From contig JAUPSS010000002.1 of NCBI GenBank assembly GCA_040285825.1, forward strand, positions 2,976,001-3,040,000: a stretch of 64,000 nucleotides of DNA, read 5' to 3'. Shown in pieces: positions 36,074-46,014 of the stretch. A model generated the notes under the pieces. It made no database searches, was not told the origin of the DNA, and saw only the letters and a program-made list of their open reading frames with translations. The first letter of the stretch is position 1. Every line of letters begins with the position of its first letter. Origin of the DNA: Eukaryota sp. TZLM1-RC. Its lineage: Eukaryota > Protista > Metamonada: BaSk clade. The translations under genes and the position numbers were made by a program.

Positions 36074-37241
36074 TGAAACAGATATTGTCTATAACAATGA
36101 AAAAGTGTCCTTTTTAAACCGATGTAGAGGGACTGAGTTTTTGAGAAGTGGAAGATTTTTAATTGAGAACATCTCAAACAAAACAATCACTTTTTTTGGT
36201 TTCAGAGGTTTTGGTGGTAACTCATATTCAACATCCTCATCTTCTTCGATTCTATTCTGCTCATAAGGCACTGAAAGTCTTCAGCAAAGCAAATTCCACT
36301 TTTGATCACTTTTGATATACACAGGTAGTTTTTGTCCTTTTTAGTTAAAAAAGATGCTTCACAACTGTTATCGTTTCTCCACTTTGTTCATCGTTTCGTG
36401 TTGAATATGTAGCGAAGTTTGGTGGTGGAATCGGACTAACTGGTATACTATAACTATCTTTTTTCAGGCTTTCATTGATGAGCACATTAACATTTTTTGG
36501 TACTTTTGTCTCCTGATCACCTCTGATTTCTCTCGTTTAGATACAATGCCTTCTAGAATGGATTTTGATCAACGTTCCTTCTCTATATGAGATTCTTTTA
36601 CACCTTGGCTCCCAGATTATGGTACTAGTCGTTCGATTTGGTACATGAAGTCCCTTTTTTGGTTCGTAATATCTTTATATCTATATGTGATCTAGTGCAC
36701 AATTTTCATTTCTTTCCCCTTTCTGCTCTATGCTTGTTTCACTACTTTGTTCTTTGTTCATTAACCTGCTTAGCACTTTATTCCTGATATTTCCTTCCTG
36801 ATATTCCTTGGATGAAATTATTTCGTTAAATAATACTGCAGTTTTACTGTCTTCATTGTAGTTTCACCATTCTTCTTTTCACTGGGTATGGAACCCATGT
36901 AAGATTGAGATTTATTTTTCGGTTTCTGCTTGAATCTTATACTGGTTCATTTATCAATGCTGATGATTCAACCTTGGATTTCACCAATGTCAAAACTTTA
37001 GGTCCAGTTGATTCTGATGGTAAAGTTATTAGTGGGTGTTTAACGCTTGCAGTTTTTTTAAAATTCTTCAACTCTGTTGAAGCAAAGTAAATTTTTGTTT
37101 AATAATGCTGTCCTTTCTCTAAAGATACTGCTTAGTTTCATGGTTTATTCATATTTTCTTTCTTATTTATTTTTTGATTATTAATTAGTGTATGGAAAAA
37201 TCTAAAAATGCTACAGATTTACTGTAGTAAAAAGCTATAAC

Positions 37242-38072
37242 TTAAGATAAATATGAAGGCCTATAACCAACACTATCCTCTACAAAATAATCTACAATGG
37301 CCTTGATGTTGATACATGCTAACTTGTTACGGTTCCAATTCAATAAAAACAAATAAGGTTGTTATAACCTTATCCTTTCCAACACATTCTTCTTTACAAA
37401 CTTCAGATCGACAACTTAACAAGGCATGACATTTCACAGTAGGGCACTTCTCTCTCATCCATGCCTAGGATTCTCAACATCAAGAAATACATTTACTGGG
37501 TTATAACAAGTTGGACACTTTGAAGATGTGTTTCACTCATCTACTAAACATACTGTGTAACCATTTCTCTTAAAGAAATTTCTCCATCCAACTCCTCTAC
37601 TTGATCGATGATGCTTTAAACTCTGTCTCTTATTGGCATTGTCACCAAACATTAGGATAGTGTCTGCTGGCTTCCATTGTTGTTCAGTCGTTCTTTTGAT
37701 ACAGTAGCTTCTGTTTCTTCCACTGTGATTTTATTTTGCAAAATAAACTCTTTCTTTTTCAATTTTTTGTGAATTTTTGGTGAATTCTCGATTCCCTTGA
37801 CCACTCCAATCAATTCTGTTAATCTCAGCCACTCCTATTGTTTATCTCTTTTTAATTGATCTTTTGCATTCAGTTTGAATCTTTTTTGACTACAAAACTA
37901 AAGTAAATCATTTTACCAGGGTCAATATGTACTTTGTGTTTTGTTGACAGAGATCCAACGTCCAAATCATCCAAATAGTTCTCAGAGGGTGCAAACTTTG
38001 CACTATCAGGCTTGAATGACATGCCAATAGTATCCTCTCTTACTAGATCAATACAGGCTGCAAAACCATCAG
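37242..38072 (-). pseudogene. Fanzor1-like pseudogene, second divergent subfamily (not in the ORF track)
   Basis: Manual translation: TDGFAAC...YLDDL...KVHIDPGK (RuvC-I D 37921-23)...FGD...SRGVGWRNFFKRNGYTVCLVDE*NTSSKCPTC (E 37536-38)...NPR...CHALLSC...C...WNRNKLACINIKAI...RPSYLS*. Confidence 0.85.
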
Positions 38073-38553
38073 TTCATGGTTTTGTTAAATTTATATCCGT
38101 TTTGTAAATGGTCCATTAAATTCAAAAAAATATGATCACAATGAATTTTGTATGACATAATGTGTTCGTCTAAAATAAAAAAAAGAATCAATTAAGCCTT
38201 AAGACAACACATCTCAATGTAGTTTTCATATGCGATCCCAAAGTGTTGACTACGACTAGCTTGGTTGTAAATTGTTGATAAGAATGATTTAATAATAAAA
38301 CAATTTGTGTAGATTATCTACAATCATTTCTTCAATACTGCTAGGAAAATGCCGAGTTGTGGTTTGTATTCAGTGTCTTAATTTGATGGAAGCAGTGCCC
38401 GACGTATTACAAGTGCAAACAATTCAGTAGTACTTACTACGTGTTACCTTAGTACACACGGAATTCTTATTGATTGTCTTCAAACGAAATTTTTATTTCA
38501 AATTTCCTTTGTTTTGAGATTAGACAACATGAGTCATATCAGCGACTCCTCAA

Positions 38554-41500
38554 ATGTTTGGTAAATCATTTGACTCAACGCAGGATGATGACTTGATTTC
38601 CAACATGACTGAAACCACAATTGATCCTAATTTGGCGTCCCAAAGAGGGAGATGCAATCGTTCCAGAGCACGACGAGGGGGTAGAGGTCGCTCCTCACGT
38701 GGTCGTGGTAGAGGATCTCCCAGAGGCCGTGGTGGTACCATTTCTCAAAAAGGCACAACTTCTCCACTCAATATTTCCCACAACGATGTATCCCTTTTCT
38801 GGAATGTTTCTCCCGATTCCGAAACTCCCTCAATCTCTGTCCACGTCTCTTCCACACCCCTTCCTAATCCTTTGGTCCCTCCTGACAGCAATGAACTTAC
38901 TGATCATGTCAAGTTTCCAGATGTTCTCTCCTATGACGTCACTTTAGACGATGGCTTCTACTTTATTTATTTCTATCAAAATGGTTGTTTTACACTCAAC
39001 CCTGCTTATCCTGTACATGACACTTATAATCACAACTTCTTCACGGTTGCTCCCTCCGAACTCCGAAATCAGCTCCACCTACTGACAGGTCTGACCCCTA
39101 ACGAAGCTCTTCTGTTTCAATTGGAGTTTTACTTTTCTGACGACAACTTTGTAGTTGGGGGTGGCATGCATTCGGCATCATTCAAGACTCAAACAAAACC
39201 TGCCAGATGGGTCCCCTTTGATTTTATTCTTACCTTTAATTTCTTCAATTCTCTGGCCAGTACGTACAATATTGACCTATCTGCAGAATTTCTTCATGAA
39301 TTAACTCAAAGCAGTGATACTATTGAAAGTGACTTAAGATATGGTATAAGAAGAAAGAAAGCTTCAGTCCCAACACATGAATCTTTAAAGACAAGGAAGT
39401 TAGCCATATTTCCCCTCCTTTCCACTGATGAGGTACTTGATGTGGTCCATCAACTTCATTCGCTCGATGTTACTACTTCCTCTTTTATTGCTTACTTTAA
39501 AGAAGGATGTAAGGCGATTAGGGCTAATGTTACAGTTCAAGATTCCATTGATGCGGTGATGCTTGTTCAAGGTAACTCTATTAATGTTAACGGTAGAGAT
39601 CTGATTGTGCGTTTTGAGCATCAGTTCAATCAGAATTTTGGTAGTGACACGTCATCAGTGGCTTCAAGTGAGGCTGATGGGACAAGATCGATAAACATAC
39701 GTAATCGCCACAGACGTAGAAGAGCACGGACCAAAACTTTTCAACAACGATGCAGGGATCGTGAAAAGACGGGTTTGCCGATTTTGACCGCTTATGACGA
39801 TATTATTGATCGTATGGAGAATGAAAAAGTTTTAGTTTGTATAGCTGAAACAGGATCAGGTAAGACAACTCAGCTTCCTCAATTCAGCGCTGAATATTGT
39901 TTCAAAAAGTTTGGTAAAGGTAACTTCAAGGTTGTGTGCACTCAGCCAAGAGCAATAGCCGCTCTTTCCCTTGCAGATTTTATTGCCATGGAATATGATG
40001 GTACTAAACCCGGTAATAATGTTGGTTATAATGTCGGTCAAAAGAACGTAAATGGTGACGAAATACTACTGACTACTGATGGTTCCTTAATCCGCAAAGC
40101 TGCAAAAGATCTCTTACTATCAGATGTAAAGGTCTTGATCATTGATGAAGCGCATGAACGTAGTTTGGATACTGACATTGTGTTAGGAATTGCCAAACTG
40201 ATTCTCCAACAGCGAGATGATTTTCGAGTTATTATTGCTTCAGCAACTATTGATCCTACTCCTTTTTTGCAGTTTTTCAATGGACCCAATGTAAATAAAA
40301 ACCTTGCCTTGCGTGTCCCCGGTAGACTTTTCAATGTTGGTGTTGAAGAAGAAACTGTTAATAGTGAAACTTTGATTGAAGATTTGCCTCAAATTGTCTG
40401 TACAGCTATGCATAACCCACTTTATTACAAAGACCGTATGCCAAATGGCCATGTTTTGGTTTTTTGTTCAGGGGCAAAAGAAATTGACATGTGCGTTGCC
40501 AAGTTTAAACGAATGATCTTGCAAAGTAGCGGTCAACTTAATCACATTGAAGTGCTTCCTCTCCATGGCAAACTGTCGCCGGATCAACAACAAGAAGTTT
40601 TGAATTTCGATAAGGTTGTCAATACTGACGGTAACTACAGAATGGTTTGTTTCTGTACAAATGTGGCTGAGACCTCGCTCACAGTCCAAGGTATTAAACT
40701 TGTAGTGGACACTGGTCTTGCCAAGGAGGCCAGATATTGTCCTAAGAGAAGAATTACTATTCTCCAAGAAGTTTTCATATCTAAATCTTCGGCTGACCAA
40801 CGGAAAGGTCGTGCTGGTAGATTAAGCGAAGGTCATTGTTTAAGACTTTATAACTATGAAGAAGATCTCGAAAGGGACTCAATTGAACCTGAAATACTTC
40901 GATCTTCGTTAGATTTTGTTGTTTTAAAGCTCACAATGCTAGGTCAAAATCCAATCACTTTTGAACTCATGGATAGACCTGACGAGCAAGACTTGATTAA
41001 TTCACTACACCTTTTGGAATCCTTTGGATGTATTAAATCTTATTGCGAGGTAAATGAACTTGGGAGGTTTTTCTTTGAGCAAAGCTTGGACGTACGACTA
41101 TCATTTTTCGTTTATCTGTGTGGATGTCATGGATATCTGGAGGAAGGGGCTTTAATTGCGTCTATTATTTCTGCACCAGGTTCCATATTTTTCTTTGGTC
41201 AGGATACTCAGAAACAGAGACAGGAAGTCCAGACAAAACGTAAGGAGCTTGCAAGTAATTTTGAAAGTGATTTACTTTTCCTTTGTTCAGTATACTCTCA
41301 ATGGAAAAAAGTTGCGGATAAGAAGATGAACATGGCTAAGATATATGCGATGGAAAATGCCTTGAATAACAAAATTTGTACCATGGTCAGGCTAACAACC
41401 TCTCAAGTAACAAGGAACTTTAAAAATGCACAGTTATTTGAAGAGGTACTCTCAAATGATCGGGAAAATTCTGATCTCAGTAATGTTATTAGCGGGGCTC

Positions 41501-44500
41501 TTGTACGTTGTTTTTCAGAACAAATTTGCCAATTTTTAGATTCGTCCATTCCAGGGAGAACTGATGTCTTCCTTCTTGATTCATCTTTAAAAGGAAGAAT
41601 TGCTCGTGAATCTTGTTTGTTTTCAAAAAAACCTTCCAGTAATTATGGCGTGGGTTTATCTATAACCGATAACGGTATTTCAGCTTTTGTCAATTTAATT
41701 CACCAAATTAATTCATCATTTATTCCTGCAAAACTACTTGATTCTATCCAAAACAAATCAATTCAATTGTCTAAAGAATCCCTTTGTTGCAATGTAGGAA
41801 GTTATTATTTCACTCATTTTCTTCGATCTTTTAGGGCATATCAAGCTCAACAACCCAGAAACTCCACTGTTCATTTTGTCGAGCTCGATTATGTTGATGC
41901 AAATATTGTAGCAACTGGACCTGCTGATGTGTTGAGAACATTGAAGCAAAAGTGTGAAGAAGAAGTTTGTAATTTAAAGGCGTCCAAACTCCAAGAATCC
42001 CAGGTTTTTAATTTTGAAAATTATTCATTTGCTATCGGAGAAGGTCTTGTTTTAAACCATCTAGATGTACCAGGACCCACACTCTGTTTGAAGCGGCCTG
42101 CTGAAGAACGACGTCACGAATTTGAAGAATTTGTGAATGGTGCAATTGGAGCACGATTAATTCGGGAAATCACCAAGGAAAGTAAAGTTCCCATTCAGTA
42201 TTCATTAGGTCGTTTGAGTAGACAACAACTGCACGATCATGATTCCCAAGCCAGGAACAAGCAAAGAGGTTTTGTTACTTTACCACCTATTAGCCAAGAT
42301 CTTTTTGCTTCTATCATGAATAAGTTGGTTGAAGCTGGTGTGCTTAAGGAGGATGTTGAAGAGGCTGAGGTAAAGTCGTGTAAGTTTGGCTCATCGTTTG
42401 TTTGGAATACACTCAAAGACAGCAAGGAAATTGCCCAACAACATAATTGCAAGACTAAACTTTTAGGTAGGAGTACAATTTCTGGATTTTTTTACGATTT
42501 ACCAGGGGGTACCACTAAAAAGCAGTTAGATGGGGTTATTAATAATTCGAATGTGCAGGTTGAGTCCTGTGGCAGGGACAATTTCAACACTAAGAAGGGT
42601 TTCAAGGTCACTGGAAGTCCAAGTCATTACGCAGTCGCCAAACAAAATATTATGTCTTCTCATCTATTTCAACCGTTTCAATACTCGTTCACCAATCCTT
42701 CAGGACGTACCAAGACAAATACAGCTACTCCTAGATTAAACCACGAGCTTTTACCTCAAGTTTTGCTGATGTTTTCTTCTTCAAATCACTGCCATGAAGT
42801 GTTTAATCAACTCTGTTCTCAAGGGCATGATGTTTATTTCAATTACCATCTTCCATTGGGTAAATTGAAAGGACTTCCAGTATCCACTGTATCCAGTAGT
42901 CTTTCCCAGTATGGGGTTACTGTTGATACAAGAAAAGGCATTTCAATCACTAGTCAAGATTTACCCAATTTTGTCAAAGCTTGTTATGCATTAGATAATC
43001 AAATTAAACCGATTAAACTTACTTACATGGCTCCAGATCAGGTTGCATTAATTGATGAATTAATTGAATTAAATCTTCTTAATCAATGGGAAACTGAATA
43101 TGGTGTAACAGTTCACCGGAATTTTGAAACAATGGGTAGAAACAGGAAGAAGCATTTTCTAACGATTTATGGAGACGGAATGATGCAAGGTCAGTTTCTG
43201 AGGGCCATCAATGATTATGCGGCGGAGTTTAGAAACCGCTTTGAAATCATTTCCGTCAATAAGGCTCAAAAAAGCCTATTTTTGGGTAGACGCGGAAATG
43301 ATAGGTTTACTCAGTTTTGTAAAACACTCAAAACACAGCAACACATTGATATTGACATTGATTCAATTTCTAAGTCTATTAGCACAAACCTAATTTTTTC
43401 ATCGCAGCTCCAAATTTATATTAAACCCGAGTCATCTATTAATTTAGAATCAGTCAAACAATTCATTGACAATTTCCTTTTAAGTCAGGGAACTGATGTT
43501 ACTTTGGACCCAAAATCATGTTGTTTTTGCTTTAAAAGTTCTACTGCTGGCAATACCTTCTTCCATTGTGGACATTCTTTTTGCAAGGGATGTTTAGTAG
43601 ATCAAATTAACAGCGTTTTTTCTAATGGGATGGCCTTGGATCCTAGTTTTGATGGTTTGAAATGTCCTTATTGCGATACAAAAATCAGCTGTATTGATAT
43701 AAGACGTTGTTTTGATCAAACTTCTGACTTTTTCCACACTATCCAGAAGGCTATTCAATGTAATATTCTTTCATTTCCAGGTGTTTTCCCCAATATCACT
43801 GTTTGTAAAAAAGACAATTGTGGTGCTATTATGGCAAAAATGAACACCTTCCACTCGTGCCCCCAATGTGGATCAGGGCAGTGTGATAAGTGTGGTTGTG
43901 TCGATGACGTTGCACATTCAGGAATTTCTTGCGAAGACTACGTAAAATTAAAGAAAAGTTCAGGAAATTATTTGGAGCGATTATTCAAGGATGCTGAAAA
44001 ATTTGTCGAAGATTTATGGAACATTACACCATCACTTGCTTCCAAATGCAGAAATCCTTGTTTGCTTCAAGGGTGTCCTGCCATCCAACGCTTTGTTAAG
44101 ACTGTTCGAAAACATGGAGTCTCATGCCTTTCTCAGGTCAAGTTTGCTTGGCACGGGACTAAGGCTCCAGCTGTTGCATCAATAGCTTACGATGGTTTTG
44201 ATCCAAAATATAGAAGTGGGCAAGCATGTGGACCTGGTGAATATTTTGGAGTCGCTGAAAAGCCCGCGGTTTCAGTTGGTTACTCAAGCGGCTGTCGTTA
44301 CATGTTTGTTGCCGCCATTTTGCCATTAGATGGTGTGTTTTCTGAGCGATCTGGATTTTGTTACGTGGTAAACAATCCACTTGACTTTGAATCAACGTAC
44401 TGTCTGCCTTTGTTAGTACTGGAAATGGATCGTCCAGAGATTGCCCGGTCTCAAATCGACTGGAAACCTGTCAATCCAGTGGTACCTGTTCATTTTGAAG

Positions 44501-46014
44501 CACATTCATTAAACACTGTAAACAATGACAGTGACATCCAGTGTGTAGCTTCCTGGTTCTGGCAAGATGATTCTCAATGGGAGCGATATACGGACCAAAT
44601 GTCAAGATTAATCGAATCTCAGTACAGCCTGGCTTGTTTAAATGAATCTCCTTCGTCATTTGTTGCCACCAGTATTGTTCGGTTAAGGGACGATGTTCCC
44701 CAGGATTACTTGATCAACTTTGATGATTATTCACAGAAGAACATGAAAACATCCTATACAAGGAAGATCAAGAGAGAAATTGTCAAGGTTGATATGTCAC
44801 CAAAGTGCACTTGGCAATATCTTGATCAAGGTCTATGGAGATTGTATGATCTACACAGTCACAAAACCATTGACGATGCATATCGAAAGTACCTACAATC
44901 AGCTTCGTCTTCTGTTATTAAACTTAGGTTCCCTGGACGTCCTGAAGAGTATCTTATTAATTTTGCTGACGGAACTCAATTAAACACTGAATCTGGAACA
45001 AGAAGAAAGATTAGAAGAATTGAAAATCAAGCAGCAGCAGCACCTTCTTTGACCAATTTTTCAGTTAATCTTTATGAATTGTCTTCTGTAGCTTCTATTG
45101 AACAAAGAGTTTTGGCCAAGTTAAACGACATGGTTTCCAGAGCAGCCAGTGTCAGCCAGTTGAACTTGGAGGATAATGAATCATTAACATTTTCCTTTGA
45201 TGATAGCCAGTCGGCTTTCTGCTTAGGGATCCCTCAAGCACTGGATAACATTTCAGTTCTTCTCAATGCTGTCGTTCATCGTGAATTAGCAGCTTGTGAT
45301 GTGACCATTGATTATGGCGATAGCGACGATGACATGATTGATTCAAATCCAAGACTTCGACGTTTACTCAGTGGCATTCCTCCTCCTGATGAACTTCTCA
45401 ATAGAGAAACCATTCTGGAATACTTTTGTTATGTCTTAATTTGGAAATGCAATTGTACTATTTATGGGGGCTATATCAGAGATTTTATTATCAGAAATGT
45501 TGCAGCCAATGATATTGATGTTTCTTGTCCAAATGATGATTTGGATTGCGTCATAGAGCTTTTCAAAAAGGAAGTTTCTAATTCTGGTTTCAATTGCATT
45601 GTGAAATCAACACATCTTGTCAATGATGTTTGTAAACGTGTAAAGGTCAATTTTGGAAGTTACTCTGTTGATGTTGATTTCACCCCTCCCAATGCTTCGA
45701 GAAGGCACTCTGATGCTGCCCCTCCCTACGTTGAGGCTGATGTCAGTAATCTCCAAATCAGCAAAGATAACTATCTTTCATTCAAGGAGCCCGCTGCGTG
45801 TGCTACTTTGAACTTATCATTAGCAAATGTATTGGAACATTGTCTCAACCAAGAATTTATTTTCTTTTATGATTTACGTAATCACCCTAATTTGAAACAT
45901 AGGTTGGAGAGAAAGTTCATCAGAGGCTGGACCCTGATTTCTCAAATTCCCGACGAACAATTAGATTTGATCCAAAAATATAAGCATCTTTACAAGCCAA
46001 TTGTACAGTTGTAG
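38554..46014 (+). CDS. Giant multidomain protein: RG-rich - La motif - RRM - DEAH helicase/HA2 - RING - IBR - PARP catalytic - WWE - WWE - nucleotidyltransferase (alternative start ATG 38529 via a 28-nt intron 38556-38583)
   Basis: QLEFYFSDDNF (La, ~39110); ETGSGKTTQ 39844, DEAH 40144, SAT, TNVAETSLT, QRKGRAGR 40798; C3HC4 RING 43519-43675; IBR 43804-43933; WHGT 44149 and GPGEYF 44230; WFWQDD and WQYLD WWE repeats; GGYIRD...DID...D 45463-45680. Confidence 0.9.
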   Translation: MFGKSFDSTQDDDLISNMTETTIDPNLASQRGRCNRSRARRGGRGRSSRGRGRGSPRGRGGTISQKGTTSPLNISHNDVSLFWNVSPDSETPSISVHVSSTPLPNPLVPPDSNELTDHVKFPDVLSYDVTLDDGFYFIYFYQNGCFTLNPAYPVHDTYNHNFFTVAPSELRNQLHLLTGLTPNEALLFQLEFYFSDDNFVVGGGMHSASFKTQTKPARWVPFDFILTFNFFNSLASTYNIDLSAEFLHELTQSSDTIESDLRYGIRRKKASVPTHESLKTRKLAIFPLLSTDEVLDVVHQLHSLDVTTSSFIAYFKEGCKAIRANVTVQDSIDAVMLVQGNSINVNGRDLIVRFEHQFNQNFGSDTSSVASSEADGTRSINIRNRHRRRRARTKTFQQRCRDREKTGLPILTAYDDIIDRMENEKVLVCIAETGSGKTTQLPQFSAEYCFKKFGKGNFKVVCTQPRAIAALSLADFIAMEYDGTKPGNNVGYNVGQKNVNGDEILLTTDGSLIRKAAKDLLLSDVKVLIIDEAHERSLDTDIVLGIAKLILQQRDDFRVIIASATIDPTPFLQFFNGPNVNKNLALRVPGRLFNVGVEEETVNSETLIEDLPQIVCTAMHNPLYYKDRMPNGHVLVFCSGAKEIDMCVAKFKRMILQSSGQLNHIEVLPLHGKLSPDQQQEVLNFDKVVNTDGNYRMVCFCTNVAETSLTVQGIKLVVDTGLAKEARYCPKRRITILQEVFISKSSADQRKGRAGRLSEGHCLRLYNYEEDLERDSIEPEILRSSLDFVVLKLTMLGQNPITFELMDRPDEQDLINSLHLLESFGCIKSYCEVNELGRFFFEQSLDVRLSFFVYLCGCHGYLEEGALIASIISAPGSIFFFGQDTQKQRQEVQTKRKELASNFESDLLFLCSVYSQWKKVADKKMNMAKIYAMENALNNKICTMVRLTTSQVTRNFKNAQLFEEVLSNDRENSDLSNVISGALVRCFSEQICQFLDSSIPGRTDVFLLDSSLKGRIARESCLFSKKPSSNYGVGLSITDNGISAFVNLIHQINSSFIPAKLLDSIQNKSIQLSKESLCCNVGSYYFTHFLRSFRAYQAQQPRNSTVHFVELDYVDANIVATGPADVLRTLKQKCEEEVCNLKASKLQESQVFNFENYSFAIGEGLVLNHLDVPGPTLCLKRPAEERRHEFEEFVNGAIGARLIREITKESKVPIQYSLGRLSRQQLHDHDSQARNKQRGFVTLPPISQDLFASIMNKLVEAGVLKEDVEEAEVKSCKFGSSFVWNTLKDSKEIAQQHNCKTKLLGRSTISGFFYDLPGGTTKKQLDGVINNSNVQVESCGRDNFNTKKGFKVTGSPSHYAVAKQNIMSSHLFQPFQYSFTNPSGRTKTNTATPRLNHELLPQVLLMFSSSNHCHEVFNQLCSQGHDVYFNYHLPLGKLKGLPVSTVSSSLSQYGVTVDTRKGISITSQDLPNFVKACYALDNQIKPIKLTYMAPDQVALIDELIELNLLNQWETEYGVTVHRNFETMGRNRKKHFLTIYGDGMMQGQFLRAINDYAAEFRNRFEIISVNKAQKSLFLGRRGNDRFTQFCKTLKTQQHIDIDIDSISKSISTNLIFSSQLQIYIKPESSINLESVKQFIDNFLLSQGTDVTLDPKSCCFCFKSSTAGNTFFHCGHSFCKGCLVDQINSVFSNGMALDPSFDGLKCPYCDTKISCIDIRRCFDQTSDFFHTIQKAIQCNILSFPGVFPNITVCKKDNCGAIMAKMNTFHSCPQCGSGQCDKCGCVDDVAHSGISCEDYVKLKKSSGNYLERLFKDAEKFVEDLWNITPSLASKCRNPCLLQGCPAIQRFVKTVRKHGVSCLSQVKFAWHGTKAPAVASIAYDGFDPKYRSGQACGPGEYFGVAEKPAVSVGYSSGCRYMFVAAILPLDGVFSERSGFCYVVNNPLDFESTYCLPLLVLEMDRPEIARSQIDWKPVNPVVPVHFEAHSLNTVNNDSDIQCVASWFWQDDSQWERYTDQMSRLIESQYSLACLNESPSSFVATSIVRLRDDVPQDYLINFDDYSQKNMKTSYTRKIKREIVKVDMSPKCTWQYLDQGLWRLYDLHSHKTIDDAYRKYLQSASSSVIKLRFPGRPEEYLINFADGTQLNTESGTRRKIRRIENQAAAAPSLTNFSVNLYELSSVASIEQRVLAKLNDMVSRAASVSQLNLEDNESLTFSFDDSQSAFCLGIPQALDNISVLLNAVVHRELAACDVTIDYGDSDDDMIDSNPRLRRLLSGIPPPDELLNRETILEYFCYVLIWKCNCTIYGGYIRDFIIRNVAANDIDVSCPNDDLDCVIELFKKEVSNSGFNCIVKSTHLVNDVCKRVKVNFGSYSVDVDFTPPNASRRHSDAAPPYVEADVSNLQISKDNYLSFKEPAACATLNLSLANVLEHCLNQEFIFFYDLRNHPNLKHRLERKFIRGWTLISQIPDEQLDLIQKYKHLYKPIVQL

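Noticed and set aside
38550-44983. Short overlapping or antisense ORFs within the large genes (also at 4460, 11867, 19700, 25783, 32568, 34900)
   Set aside because: Shadow ORFs of real coding sequence with no motifs
45460-46014. cGAS/OAS-type second-messenger synthase
   Set aside because: Signature is GGxxRD...DxD (CCA/poly(A) polymerase-like), not the GS...DxD plus helical lobe of cGAS/OAS; product cannot be inferred
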